Source: Deltaproteobacteria bacterium
GTDB taxonomy: Bacteria; Desulfobacterota; Binatia; Binatales; Binataceae
Length of the DNA: 64,000 nt
Assembly: GCA_021817345.1 (NCBI GenBank)
Contig: JAKAVC010000025.1
Location: 4,454 to 68,453, forward strand
Direction of reading: 5' to 3'
Shown: positions 1 to 9,908 of the stretch, piece by piece
Numbering within the stretch: the stretch's first letter is position 1
Layout of the letters: each line of letters opens with the position of its first letter
The notes under the pieces: model-generated
Databases searched by the model: none
What the model saw: the letters and a program-made list of their open reading frames with translations, nothing else
Told to the model about the DNA's origin: nothing
Program-made: the position numbers and the translations under genes

Positions 1-700
1 TTATGCCCAGAACGTACGCCTCGCTCAGATGGCCGCTCTGATGGAGGCCGAAGAGCCAGTCGGTCGAACGGATGCCGCGCTCGCGCGCGAGCCTTCGCGC
101 ACGGCGCGAGAGGCTTCTGAAAATCACCGACTCGACCAGTTTTCGTCCCGCGTGGTCGCGCGCGAGCGCAAGCGTGGTCATCGCGGATTCGCGCGGGAGC
201 CTGACGCACGGCACCTTATATTCGGCGGCAAGCTCGATCATGATGTCGGCGAGCACCGGATGGACGTGGAAGTTCAGATGCCCGTCGATATGATACAGGT
301 GGCCGACGAGCTTGAGGTGCTGTTCGATCTGGGCGCGGAATTCGGCGCGCAGCTTGTCGCGCAGGCTTCGGCTGAAGAAATAGCGAAGGCCGCCAAGGAC
401 CGGATTTTCGACGAACCTTCCCGCCGAATCGACCAGCGGCGAAATCTCCGCGGGAGCGAGCACGCTTCGGCCCTTGCAGACCACCAGATGAAGCCCCACG
501 TCGAGGCCGGGAAACTGCCGCGCCGCGCGGGCCGCCTCCTCGCGCGACGCCTCGGCCACCATCAGGCTTGCGCTGTTGAGCACGCCCTCGCGATGGGCCC
601 GGATGATTCCGGCGTTGACCTCGGGCGACAGGCCGAAGTCGTCGCCGTTTACGATAACGGAACGCAAGGCGCGGGCGGGCGATACTTGACCATCGGGCAT
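1..700 (-). CDS. hpnK: YdjC/ChbG-family carbohydrate deacetylase, HpnK-like; C-terminus cut by window edge
   Basis: Manual minus-strand translation from ATG at 700 (MPDGQVSPARALRSVIVNGDDFGLSPEVNAGIIRAHREGVLNSASLMV...HLVVCKG...) has no stops down to position 1 and looks like the YdjC-like fold (DDFG, HxH motifs). Not in the ORF track because it has no stop in the window. The plus-strand ORF 29..787 is its antisense artefact. Confidence 0.6.
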   Translation of the reverse strand, partial: MPDGQVSPARALRSVIVNGDDFGLSPEVNAGIIRAHREGVLNSASLMVAEASREEAARAARQFPGLDVGLHLVVCKGRSVLAPAEISPLVDSAGRFVENPVLGGLRYFFSRSLRDKLRAEFRAQIEQHLKLVGHLYHIDGHLNFHVHPVLADIMIELAAEYKVPCVRLPRESAMTTLALARDHAGRKLVESVIFRSLSRRARRLARERGIRSTDWLFGLHQSGHLSEAYVLGI

Positions 701-783
701 GTGCGCGCAATTTTGCTAGGACCGGGCGCGCGGCTCAAGCCCACCGGGCGTGAAGCCGGCGGCCCGGAGCGAGAGCCTGTCGA

Positions 784-1542
784 TTGATCCTGATTTTTTA
801 CGCATTCTCACGCGAACTCGGACCGCTCAAGCGAAGGCTCAAGGAGCGCGCGCCGCTCGCCGAGCCGGGGCTTCGCGGCTTCGAGTCGCGCGCCGGCGGG
901 CGGCGAATAGTCTTCGTCGCCACCGGAATCGGCGCCGAACGCGCAGGCGAAGCGGCCCGAATCGCGATGGGTCGCTTCTCGCCCGAACTCGTTATCGGTA
1001 CCGGCGTTGTCGGAGCGCTCTCGGCGGGGCTTTCGCCGGGCGACATCGTTCTCGCGGAGCGAATCATGCTCTCGCCCGAGGGCGAAGGCGCCGTCCAGGA
1101 ACCGGCCATCGCAATCGCCGCCGACACGCTCAGGCATTGCGAGCACGCGCTCAAGCGGGCCGGACTCGATTTCGCGCGCGGCGGGCTTCTCACTTCGCGC
1201 CGAGTGCTCGCCAACGCCCACGCCAAGCTTCGCGCCAAGGAGCAAACCGGCGCGATTGCGGTGGACATGGAAAGCGCCGCGCTCGCATCCGAAGCGATGC
1301 GTCGCGGGATTAAGTTCGCGGTGGTGCGCACCGTGATGGACGCGCTTGAGGACGAAGTGTTCGGCGCTGAACTCGCCGACGGGCAGGGACGCGTGCGTCC
1401 GCTCGCCGCGGCCGGTTACCTTGCGAGAAATCCCGCCGCTATAACGCAACTGCCGCGCATGATGCGAAATCTCTCGCGCGCGACCCGTTCGCTGGCCGAC
1501 GCGATCGAGGCGATTGGCCTGGCCGCGCCGGTGGCGCGCTGA
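784..1542 (+). CDS. hpnG: PNP/MTA-nucleosidase-family hopanoid-associated phosphorylase (HpnG-like)
   Basis: 252 aa with a PNP_UDP_1-like pattern (VFVATGIGAERAGEAA...IGTGVVGAL...AVDMESAALA), adjacent to other hpn genes. TTG start. Confidence 0.6.
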   Translation: MILIFYAFSRELGPLKRRLKERAPLAEPGLRGFESRAGGRRIVFVATGIGAERAGEAARIAMGRFSPELVIGTGVVGALSAGLSPGDIVLAERIMLSPEGEGAVQEPAIAIAADTLRHCEHALKRAGLDFARGGLLTSRRVLANAHAKLRAKEQTGAIAVDMESAALASEAMRRGIKFAVVRTVMDALEDEVFGAELADGQGRVRPLAAAGYLARNPAAITQLPRMMRNLSRATRSLADAIEAIGLAAPVAR

Positions 1543-1563
1543 GGCCGCGTCCCGCATCCGGCT

Positions 1564-2469
1564 CTACGAGCCGGTCCTGCGCGAGGCCGCCGACGCAAGA
1601 CGCTCATTTTCGTCGCGCCATACCGGGAGAGCGCGCTCGTAGGGAAAATCCGCGAGATGCCGCTCGACCGCTTCGCGATCGCCGTAGCTGTCGGGGCGGG
1701 TCAGGATATGAATTATGAGCGTCGCGAAGGGCAGATAGATGAACACGCTCGCCCACGCGATCTCGTAGGCTCCAATCACGAACAGCATCGTGATCCCGAA
1801 CAGCACGATTCCCGCGTAAAGCAGCGGGCCCATCAGCGCGCGCGACGGAAGCGAGGGAGCCGCGCCCACGGGCTTTTGCCCGCCGCGATTAATCCGCGCG
1901 TCGAGAAGAATGAAGATCGGAATCGTCACCGCCGCGACGAAGTACCATCCGAGATAATTGCTTATCGGTACGCCGAAGTGAGGCCCCGGCGGGTCGTACC
2001 AGAAAATCCTGCCCAAAAACCATCGGTTGCCCAGCACGCTCAGCGGATCGACCACGAAATCGATCATCACCATGAACAGCGCGGCCATCAGCCACACCCG
2101 CGGCGAGCGCCTGAGCTTCCACGTGTCGAGAAGCCGCAGGTCCCATCCCCGCCGATAGAGCGGCGAACTCACCAGCAGCGCAAGCGTGTACGCGGCGAAG
2201 CCCAGAAACGTGAACGACAGCGAATCCATGAAAGGCACGCCGAACACCCAGATTTCGCGGTCGCGGGTCGCCTCGATGTAATGATAAAGCCCGAACGGAA
2301 ATCCGTTGTGCACGGAAGACCATTCGCACCCGAGCGCAACCGCGTAGGTGAGCACGGCGAACAGCACCGTGGTGCGGACGCCGAAGTTGACGATCGAGAT
2401 GAACAGAAAGCTCGCCAGGAAGACGAATACGTAAGGGCGCAGCTCAATCGTGGAAATCAGCAGATGCAT
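1564..2469 (-). CDS. polytopic membrane protein, possibly carotenoid-biosynthesis-associated (DUF422-like) family
   Basis: 301 aa with several hydrophobic segments rich in W/Y/F. It sits at the distal end of the hpn operon. The family call is tentative. Confidence 0.35.
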   Translation of the reverse strand: MHLLISTIELRPYVFVFLASFLFISIVNFGVRTTVLFAVLTYAVALGCEWSSVHNGFPFGLYHYIEATRDREIWVFGVPFMDSLSFTFLGFAAYTLALLVSSPLYRRGWDLRLLDTWKLRRSPRVWLMAALFMVMIDFVVDPLSVLGNRWFLGRIFWYDPPGPHFGVPISNYLGWYFVAAVTIPIFILLDARINRGGQKPVGAAPSLPSRALMGPLLYAGIVLFGITMLFVIGAYEIAWASVFIYLPFATLIIHILTRPDSYGDREAVERHLADFPYERALPVWRDENERLASAASRRTGS

Positions 2470-2482
2470 CGCGTGACGCCGC

Positions 2483-3487
2483 CTAAGCCGCGGCCCGAAC
2501 CGCGCCGCTCGCTCGGAAAAACTCGATCGCGCGGCGAATCGCCTCGTCTATCGGACCGGGCGAGTAGCCCAGCTCGCGGCGCGCTTTCGACGAATCGAAG
2601 AACATCTTCTTGCGCGCCATCCTGACCTCGGTAAGACTCGCGCGCGGCGGCTTGCGGGTTACGGCGCGGGCGAACGCCTCGGCGCCAAGCGCGAATCCAT
2701 AGGCGAGCGCGTAGGGAATCCTGAGCCGCGGCGCGCTCAGCCCGGAAAGATTCGCAAGACGGCGGAAAAATTCCTCCAGCGTAAGGTTCTCGCCGCCCAG
2801 GATATATTTCTCGCCCACGCGCCCGCGCTCGGCGGCCAGCAGATGGCCGCGCGCAACGTCCTCAACATCGACCAGGTTGAGCCCCGTGTCCATGTACGCG
2901 GGCATCCGGCGGTTCAGGAAATCCACGATTATGCGCCCGGTCGGCGTGGGCTTCAGATCGTAGGCGCCGATCGGCGTGGAGGGATTCACGATCACGACCG
3001 GAAGTCCTGCGCGCGCGGCCGAAAGCGCTTCCATCTCGGCGAGAAACTTCGAGCGCTTGTACGGACCGACCATCTCGCCGAGCGTGACCGGAGTATCCTC
3101 GCGTCCCGGACCGTCCGGGGGGATCCCGAGCGCGCCCACCGTGCTGGTATGGACGATTCGGGCGACTTTCGCTTCGCGCGCGGCGGCGAGCACGTTGCGA
3201 GTGCCTTCAACGTTGGTCGCGTACATCGGCGCTTCGTCGCGCAGCCAGAGCCGGTAGTCGGCGGCGACGTGATAGACCTCGGCGCACCCGGCGACTGCGC
3301 GTCTTAGCGAATCAAGATCGCGGAGATCGCCGCGCACCGGCTCGCAATCGACGCCTGACAGCGCGGTAATGTCCGCCCGCTCGCGAACCAGCACGCGCAC
3401 GCGGTCGCCGCGCGCGACGAGCGCGCGCACCACGTGGCATCCCACGAACCCGTTTCCGCCGGTAACCAGCGCCGTCCTCGACGCCAT
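2483..3487 (-). CDS. hpnA: NAD-dependent epimerase/dehydratase, hopanoid-associated sugar epimerase HpnA-like
   Basis: N-terminal TGGNGFVG Rossmann motif and YxxxK-type SDR features (PYKRSK), in the hpn operon. Confidence 0.6.
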   Translation of the reverse strand: MASRTALVTGGNGFVGCHVVRALVARGDRVRVLVRERADITALSGVDCEPVRGDLRDLDSLRRAVAGCAEVYHVAADYRLWLRDEAPMYATNVEGTRNVLAAAREAKVARIVHTSTVGALGIPPDGPGREDTPVTLGEMVGPYKRSKFLAEMEALSAARAGLPVVIVNPSTPIGAYDLKPTPTGRIIVDFLNRRMPAYMDTGLNLVDVEDVARGHLLAAERGRVGEKYILGGENLTLEEFFRRLANLSGLSAPRLRIPYALAYGFALGAEAFARAVTRKPPRASLTEVRMARKKMFFDSSKARRELGYSPGPIDEAIRRAIEFFRASGAVRAAA

Positions 3488-3501
3488 CGCGAACGCTCCC
3501 G

Positions 3502-4881
3502 CTACGCGGCCACCGCCAGGGTTTTTTCGCCGTGGCGCGCCTCAAGCGCGCGCGCCGCCGCGCGTCCCGACATTACCGCGCTCTCGATCGTCGCGGGAAG
3601 GCCGGTCTGAATCCAGTCGCCGGCAAGGAACAGGTTGGGCACCGGCGTGTTTGCGGTCGGCCGCAGGCGGAAAGTATCGGGCGCGGGCGCCATCGTGGCA
3701 TGCTTTTCCTTGAGCACGAGCGCCTTCACCATCCGCGCCCCGCGCGCCGCGGGAATCATGGCCTTCAGATCGCCGAGCACGATATCGAGCAGCTCATTGT
3801 TGGGCCGCTCGACCAGCTTTCGCGCGCCGCTGATAACGAAGCTCAGATATCCCGGATGACGCTCGCCGTGGCGGGCGAAGATACGCCGCTTGTTGAACAT
3901 CCACTGGGTGGTGGTTCCGATGAAGCCGGCGAAAGCGGCGTCGGTGACTTCGCGGTCGAACCATGCGTGAACGCACACGATAGGCGAGCTTTCGAGCTTG
4001 CCCACGCGCGCGAAAAACGGATCGGATGCGGCGCCGTCGGGCAGGAGGCGGAGCATCTGATGAGGCGGGACGGCGAGCACGAAGTTGCTCGCGCCGAGCT
4101 TTCTTCCGTCGCGAAGCCTGACTCGCGCGACCGCGCCGTCGGCAAACTCGAGCGCCTCGACGTTGCAATGCGCCGCCACCACGCCGTCGCGCTTTTCGAT
4201 AAAATCGGCCGCGGGCTTGCAGTACAGTTCGCTCAGTCCAACCCGCGAATAGACGAACGCGGAATCCGAGCGGCGGCTGAAAAACGCGCGCTTGAGCACT
4301 TCCGCAAGCAGCGCTGCGGAGGAAACTTCGGGCTCGTCGTTCAGCGTCGCGATAGAAAGCGGATACCAGAAGCATTGGCGCGCGCGCTCGCCCTGCTTGA
4401 GCCGGCTCATCAGTTCCGCGACCGTAAGGCCTTCGAGCGCGGCGCGCTCGCGCCGAAGCATCGCGAGCAGCTTCATCCCGCCCGCCATCAGCCGGACACG
4501 CTCGCCTATCCCGAGATGGCGGTAGCGAAGCAGCGCGCCGCTCATATGCAGCGGACCCGGCATCCGCGAGGTCTTGAGCACCGCCTCGGCACCGTTTCGA
4601 TCGAGCATCCGGATTTCCAAATCCTGATGGAAGAAAAGCTTGTCGCGCGAGCCAATCCGCTCAAGGAAATCGAGCGTCTCGTGATAGCAGCCCATCAGGA
4701 CGTGCTGGCCGTTATCGACCTGGTCGCCACCATCCTCCTGCATGAAGGAGTAAGCGCGGCCGCCGAGCTCCGGCTTGCTCTCGAGCACCGCGACGCGGAA
4801 GCCCCGCTCGGCCAGCGCGACCGCGGCGGAAAGCCCGGCGAAACCGCCGCCGACAACCACAACGTCCTTCGCTTCAACCAT
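3502..4881 (-). CDS. hpnE: squalene-associated FAD-dependent desaturase HpnE (amine-oxidase family)
   Basis: N-terminal VVVGGGFAGLSAA dinucleotide-binding motif, 459 aa, located immediately after hpnD. Confidence 0.7.
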   Translation of the reverse strand: MVEAKDVVVVGGGFAGLSAAVALAERGFRVAVLESKPELGGRAYSFMQEDGGDQVDNGQHVLMGCYHETLDFLERIGSRDKLFFHQDLEIRMLDRNGAEAVLKTSRMPGPLHMSGALLRYRHLGIGERVRLMAGGMKLLAMLRRERAALEGLTVAELMSRLKQGERARQCFWYPLSIATLNDEPEVSSAALLAEVLKRAFFSRRSDSAFVYSRVGLSELYCKPAADFIEKRDGVVAAHCNVEALEFADGAVARVRLRDGRKLGASNFVLAVPPHQMLRLLPDGAASDPFFARVGKLESSPIVCVHAWFDREVTDAAFAGFIGTTTQWMFNKRRIFARHGERHPGYLSFVISGARKLVERPNNELLDIVLGDLKAMIPAARGARMVKALVLKEKHATMAPAPDTFRLRPTANTPVPNLFLAGDWIQTGLPATIESAVMSGRAAARALEARHGEKTLAVAA

Positions 4882-4888
4882 CGTCGCG

Positions 4889-5788
4889 TCATCCCCTGAG
4901 CGAAGCGATTCTTCCCGAGGCCCATGCCCTGCCGACCAGGTAAAGCTTGCGCGGAGCCGACAGGCCGAGCCTTCGGTCGAGCACGCGGTAATTGGAGCGG
5001 ACTATCCGGGCCAGCAGCGCCCCGTAGATCATCCGCATCGCCTCCGCGGTGCGCAGCGTCGAGCGGTCCTCGGGCGGCATCGCGGCCTCGGCCTCGCGAT
5101 AGAAATTCCGCGCCCGTTTGGCCTCGAATTCCATCAGGCGCACGAAATTCGAGCTATAGACGCGGTTTAGGATCTCTTCTTCGGTCACGCCCATCGCCTC
5201 AAGGTCCTCAAGCGGCAGATAGATACGGCCGCGCGAGGCGTCCTCGCTCACGTCGCGCAGGATATTGGTGAGCTGGAATGCGATTCCGAGTTTTTCCGCG
5301 TAAACCCTGGCGGCTGGATTGGTATAGCCGAAGACCTCGATACAGATGAGGCCGACCGCCGAGGCGACCCGGTAGCAGTACAGGCGAAGCTCGTCGAAGG
5401 TCCGGTAGCGCTTTCGCGTAAGGTCCATCTCGACGCCCGCGATAACTTCCTCGAAGTATTCGCGCGGAATCGTGAAACGGCGCGCCGCGTCGGCCAGCGC
5501 GCGAGAGACCGGGCGAGTCGGCTCGCCACCGTACACGCGGTCGAGTTCCTCGCGCCATCGCGCGAGCATCACGGCCGGATCGCGCACCGCGGCGTCGTCG
5601 GCGATATCGTCGACGAACCGGCAGAAGGCATAGACCGCGTAGAGCGCCTGGCGCCGCTCGGGCGCAAGGAGCATGAACGCGTAGTAGAAGTTGGACGAGG
5701 AGCGCCGGGTTATTTCGGCGCATCGTTCGTAGTCGCGATCGAGTTGCGTGGCTCCCGCTTCGCCTTGAACTGCCGCCTGTTGCCGCAT
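4889..5788 (-). CDS. hpnD: presqualene diphosphate synthase HpnD (squalene/phytoene synthase family)
   Basis: Trans-IPPS head-to-head motifs (YAFCRFVDDIAD, ILRDVSEDASRGRIYLP). The likely start is the internal Met (MRQQ...) whose ATG overlaps the hpnC stop (ATGA). The ORF track start at 5878 overlaps hpnC. Confidence 0.75.
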   Translation of the reverse strand: MRQQAAVQGEAGATQLDRDYERCAEITRRSSSNFYYAFMLLAPERRQALYAVYAFCRFVDDIADDAAVRDPAVMLARWREELDRVYGGEPTRPVSRALADAARRFTIPREYFEEVIAGVEMDLTRKRYRTFDELRLYCYRVASAVGLICIEVFGYTNPAARVYAEKLGIAFQLTNILRDVSEDASRGRIYLPLEDLEAMGVTEEEILNRVYSSNFVRLMEFEAKRARNFYREAEAAMPPEDRSTLRTAEAMRMIYGALLARIVRSNYRVLDRRLGLSAPRKLYLVGRAWASGRIASLRG

Positions 5789-6717
5789 CAGACGCAAAGC
5801 CTCCCAAGCGCCGCGTTCAGTCCAAGCCTGAGATAATCGAGCTTGTTCAGTTTCGGTCTGCTTTGAAAAACGTCGCACCCGGCGCGCTCTATCGCGCGCA
5901 GGATCGCGAGCCCTCCGCCCGCGAACATCAGGATGTCGCGGCGAAGCCGTCGATCGACGAGCCGGTTCAGTTGCGCGCCCTCCCTGAGCATCGCCCGCGC
6001 GACCTCGACTTCGTACCGCATCAGGTCCACGAAGGCTGGCGTCGCCGTGCGGCGCGCGAGATCCCCGGGCGTAACGCCGAAGCGCGCAAGGTCGGCGCGC
6101 GGCAGGTAGATTCGATTCTTGCCGAGGTCAACGGCAACGTCCTGCCAGAAGTTCGCAAGTTGAAGCCCGCTGCATACGAGGTCGGAGAGATACTGGCGCT
6201 CGGGGTCGCGGTATCCAAACAGGTAAAGCACCAGCCGTCCGACCGGATTGGCGGAGTAGCGCGCGTAGCCGAGAAGGTCGTCGAGGGTGTCGAAGCCGCG
6301 GAAGTTGACGTCGGAACGGAACGCGATCAGAAGGTCGGCGAACGGCTCGCGCGGGATATCGTAGCGCCTGACCGTCGCGGCGAGCGCGACAAACACGGGA
6401 TGCCGCGGGTTGCCCGCGTAGCAGAGATCGAGTTCATGCTCCCAGGCGTCGAGCTTGGCGAGGTCGTGCTCTTCGTCGGCGAAGTCGTCGGCCATGCGCG
6501 CGTAAGCGTAAATCGCGTGCATGTGCGGGCGCATCTCGCGCGGCATCAGCCACGACGCGATAGTGAAATTCTCGTAGTGAGACCGGGCAAGGCGGGTGCA
6601 ATACGCGTAAGCCTCGGCCAGTTCCGCGTCCGAATGAGCCTTGGCGGCGGACGAGCCGGCGCGGGCGGCCGGAGGTGCAACCAGGGAGGCGGGATCGGTC
6701 GAAGCGCGGCTCATCAA
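5788..6717 (-). CDS. hpnC: hydroxysqualene synthase HpnC (squalene/phytoene synthase family)
   Basis: Motifs YAYARMADDFADE and NFWQDVAVDLGKNRIYLP, paired with hpnD. Confidence 0.75.
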   Translation of the reverse strand: MMSRASTDPASLVAPPAARAGSSAAKAHSDAELAEAYAYCTRLARSHYENFTIASWLMPREMRPHMHAIYAYARMADDFADEEHDLAKLDAWEHELDLCYAGNPRHPVFVALAATVRRYDIPREPFADLLIAFRSDVNFRGFDTLDDLLGYARYSANPVGRLVLYLFGYRDPERQYLSDLVCSGLQLANFWQDVAVDLGKNRIYLPRADLARFGVTPGDLARRTATPAFVDLMRYEVEVARAMLREGAQLNRLVDRRLRRDILMFAGGGLAILRAIERAGCDVFQSRPKLNKLDYLRLGLNAALGRLCV

Positions 6718-7880
6718 ATCGCGTACCGCCGTTCAAGGAGATTGCGCGTTTCGCGGCGGCTCCATTCATCGACTTCCAGCAGATCCTCGAGCGAGCGCGC
6801 GGGTTTGTTCGGATGGCGCTCCATCACGGTCTCGATACATCGCGGGATGTCCACGAAGCGGGCCCGCCCGGCCAGAAACGCCGCCACCATCTCTTCGTTG
6901 GCCGCGTTCAGGCAGGCCGGCATCGTGCCGCCCGCCGAGAGCGCGTCGTAAGCGAGTCTCAGGCACGGGAACTTCGCGTAGTCGGGCTCCTCGAAGGAAA
7001 GCCGTCCGCAATCGGCGAGCGAAAGGCGCGGCAGATGGCCGAGCGGCAGGCGTTCCGGATACGCCAGCGCATAGGCGATCGGAATCGCCATGTCCGGAAT
7101 CGCCATCTCGGCCAGCACCGAGCCGTCCATCATCTCGACCATCGAGTGGATCACGCTCTGCGGATGAATCACGACCGAGATCTGCTCGCGCGAAAGATCG
7201 AACAGCCATCGCGCCTCGATCACCTCGAGGCCCTTGTTCATCAAGGTCGCGGAATCGATCGTTATCTTGCTGCCCATCCGCCAGGTCGGATGCTTGAGCG
7301 CGTCGGCGACGGTCACTTCGGCGAGCCGCTCCGCGGGAAGCTCGCGGAACGGGCCGCCCGAGGCTGTGAGGATTATCCGCTTGAGCGCGGCGCGCTGACG
7401 GCCTTCAAGGCACTGGAAAATCGCGTTGTGCTCGCTGTCGACGGGGAGCAGATGGACGCCGTGCTCGGCGACCGAACGCGTGACCATCTCGCCCGCGATC
7501 ACCAGCACTTCCTTGTTGGCAAAGGCGATGTCCTTGCCCGCCCGTATCGCGGCGAGCGTCGGCGTAAGGCCAAGCGCACCCACCATCGCGGACATCAGAA
7601 GCCGGGACTCGGGATGGGTCGCGACCGCGATCGCGCCTTCGAGCCCGTGGAGGATTTCGACTCGCTGCCCGCCGAGACGGCGGCTGAGTTCGGCGGCGAG
7701 CGCCGGGGTCGCGACCGAGACCAGCTCGGGCCGAAAGCGCCTGACCTGCTCGGTGAACAGATCGAGGTTTCGCCCCGCGCCCATCGCGACGACGCGAAAC
7801 CGCTCGGGAAAACGTCCGGCCACGTCGAGCGTGTTGACGCCGATCGAGCCGGTCGAGCCGAGAACCGAAAGCGCCTTCAT
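6714..7880 (-). CDS. dxr: 1-deoxy-D-xylulose 5-phosphate reductoisomerase
   Basis: MKALSVLGSTGSIGVNTLDV...LPVDSEHNAIFQ is a canonical Dxr pattern. The start ATG shares one nucleotide with the shc stop (TGATG). The ORF-track N-terminal extension is not used. Confidence 0.85.
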   Translation of the reverse strand: MKALSVLGSTGSIGVNTLDVAGRFPERFRVVAMGAGRNLDLFTEQVRRFRPELVSVATPALAAELSRRLGGQRVEILHGLEGAIAVATHPESRLLMSAMVGALGLTPTLAAIRAGKDIAFANKEVLVIAGEMVTRSVAEHGVHLLPVDSEHNAIFQCLEGRQRAALKRIILTASGGPFRELPAERLAEVTVADALKHPTWRMGSKITIDSATLMNKGLEVIEARWLFDLSREQISVVIHPQSVIHSMVEMMDGSVLAEMAIPDMAIPIAYALAYPERLPLGHLPRLSLADCGRLSFEEPDYAKFPCLRLAYDALSAGGTMPACLNAANEEMVAAFLAGRARFVDIPRCIETVMERHPNKPARSLEDLLEVDEWSRRETRNLLERRYAI

Positions 7881-9859
7881 CAAGCCTGGTCCACCTTCGC
7901 GCCGCCTTCGAGCAGGCGCTTGCGCAAGCGTCCTAGTGCCATCAGCGGAAAGTAGTGCGGATACAAGTGGTAGCGGAGATAGAAGTGGTTGGGGAAGCCC
8001 GCGCCGGTAAATTCCAGCTCGTCCCATCCGCCGCTTTCATTCTGGCGCTCAACGAGCCATCTCACGCCGCGCATCACGTGCTCCGAGACCCCGTCCTCGC
8101 CCGCAAGCAGGCCCATCACGGCCCACGCGGTTTGTGAGGCGGTGCTCGGGCCGCGTCCGCGCCATGCGGGGTCCTTGTCGCTGAGCGGACTTTCGCCCCA
8201 TCCGCCGTCCTCATTCTGGTGGGACTTGAGCCACGCAACCGCCCGCCTTACCCACGACTCGCCGAGGTCCACGCCGATCGCGCGCACACCCATCAGCGCC
8301 GACCACGTACCGTAAAGGTAATTGACGCCCCATCTCCCCCACCATCCGCCGTCGGGCGACTGGTTGCGCTTGAGCCACGCGATCGCGCGGCGGGCGACCG
8401 GATGCTCCGCGCTGTAGCCGACCGCGGCCATCATCTCGAGCGCGCGGCCGGCGAGATCGGGGCAGGAGGGATCGATCACGGCCTCGACGTCGGCGAGCGG
8501 AATCTGGTTGAGCCACCGCTTCTGGACGTCGGCGTCAAAGGCGGCGAATCCGCCGTCACTCGACTGCATCCCCATGACCCAGTTCGCGCCGGCGCGAATC
8601 GAGCGTTCCTTTGCCTGCGCATCGGGAAACTCGGTGCGCGCCATCACCTCGAGGATAACGGCCGAGTCATCGACGTCGGGATACCAGTCATTGTAAAACT
8701 CGAACGCCCAGCCGCCCGGCTCAAGGTCGGGGCGCTTCACCGACCAGTCGCCGCGCTTGAAGATCTGGTGATCGATGAACCACTTGACCGACTGTACGAG
8801 CGCGGGATGGTCGGCGGGCAGGCCGGAATCGAGCAGCGCCTTGGCGGCGAGCGCGGTGTCCCAGTTGGGCGAGACGCACGGCATGTACATCGCGCGGTCG
8901 CCCATCTCCCATACAAGCTCGCGGACTCCTTCGAGCGCCTTTTTGAGCACCGGATGGTCGTTGCGGTAGCCGAGCGCCCTGAGCCCCATCGCGCTCAGCA
9001 GATAGCAGGGCTCGATTCCGCCCCAGGTGCCGTTGGCCTCCTGATGCTCGAGTATCCAGTTCTCGGCGGCCCTGAGCGCTCGGGCGCGAAGCGATTTAAG
9101 GTGATGGCGGTTGTAGAACCTGAGCCCCCCGTCGATCACGTTGAACAGGTTTCGAAGCGAAAACGGACTCTTGCCGGGAGGCTGCTTGAAACGGGTGAAG
9201 TGGGGCGGCTCGATATAAAGTTCGAGCACGCCGTTTCGGAAATCGACCGGCACCACGGGACGCGCCGCCTGCAGCAGCATCAGGCCGAAAGCGGTTCCGC
9301 GCGCCCACGAGGCAAGCTCGTACATGTTGAAGAAGAACCAGTTGGGCAGAAGCGCGACTTCGACCGGCAGCGCGGCGGTCGCCTCCCAGGGCACCTGCCC
9401 CATCGCGGCCAGATAGAATCGCGCGAGCGTCCCCACCTTGGAAATTCCGCCGCGCGACAGAATCCAGCGCCGCGACTGCATCATCGGCTCGTCGCCCGCG
9501 CGCATCCCGGCGAGCTTGAGCGCGAAGTATGCCTCAATCGTGCTCGACAGGTATCCCTCGCCACCCTTATAGAGCACCCAGCTTCCGTCGGTCTCCTGGG
9601 TTTCGAGCAGGAACTTCTTAAGACGCCCCTCGAGTTCGCGGTCAACGGCGTCCATATAGTGCATGAAGATGATGTATTCGGCGTTCATCTCGGCGTTGGC
9701 TTCGAGCGCCGCATGCCAATAGCCGTCGGGATGCTGCTGGCCGATGAGGGAACGCTGCGCGCGGTCGATCGCGAAGCCGATCCTCGCCACGAATTCGTCG
9801 CGCGTCACGTCGGCAACGCGAACCTCGCCGTTTTCCACCTGTTGAAGAGCTTCACTCAT
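7880..9859 (-). CDS. shc: squalene-hopene cyclase
   Basis: 659 aa with multiple QW repeats (DGGW, DGSW), the DVDDSAVI motif (DxDD catalytic Asp), and class-II terpene cyclase length. Confidence 0.9.
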   Translation of the reverse strand: MSEALQQVENGEVRVADVTRDEFVARIGFAIDRAQRSLIGQQHPDGYWHAALEANAEMNAEYIIFMHYMDAVDRELEGRLKKFLLETQETDGSWVLYKGGEGYLSSTIEAYFALKLAGMRAGDEPMMQSRRWILSRGGISKVGTLARFYLAAMGQVPWEATAALPVEVALLPNWFFFNMYELASWARGTAFGLMLLQAARPVVPVDFRNGVLELYIEPPHFTRFKQPPGKSPFSLRNLFNVIDGGLRFYNRHHLKSLRARALRAAENWILEHQEANGTWGGIEPCYLLSAMGLRALGYRNDHPVLKKALEGVRELVWEMGDRAMYMPCVSPNWDTALAAKALLDSGLPADHPALVQSVKWFIDHQIFKRGDWSVKRPDLEPGGWAFEFYNDWYPDVDDSAVILEVMARTEFPDAQAKERSIRAGANWVMGMQSSDGGFAAFDADVQKRWLNQIPLADVEAVIDPSCPDLAGRALEMMAAVGYSAEHPVARRAIAWLKRNQSPDGGWWGRWGVNYLYGTWSALMGVRAIGVDLGESWVRRAVAWLKSHQNEDGGWGESPLSDKDPAWRGRGPSTASQTAWAVMGLLAGEDGVSEHVMRGVRWLVERQNESGGWDELEFTGAGFPNHFYLRYHLYPHYFPLMALGRLRKRLLEGGAKVDQA

Positions 9860-9908
9860 GGGTCTGTCTTAGGGGTTCGTTTCAGGTTTTCCTTGTTGCG
9901 CATCGGAT

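Noticed and set aside
29-787. 252-aa plus-strand ORF at the window start
   Set aside because: It is antisense to the convincing HpnK-like minus-strand frame, which has no stops down to position 1. Its composition is typical of a high-GC shadow ORF.
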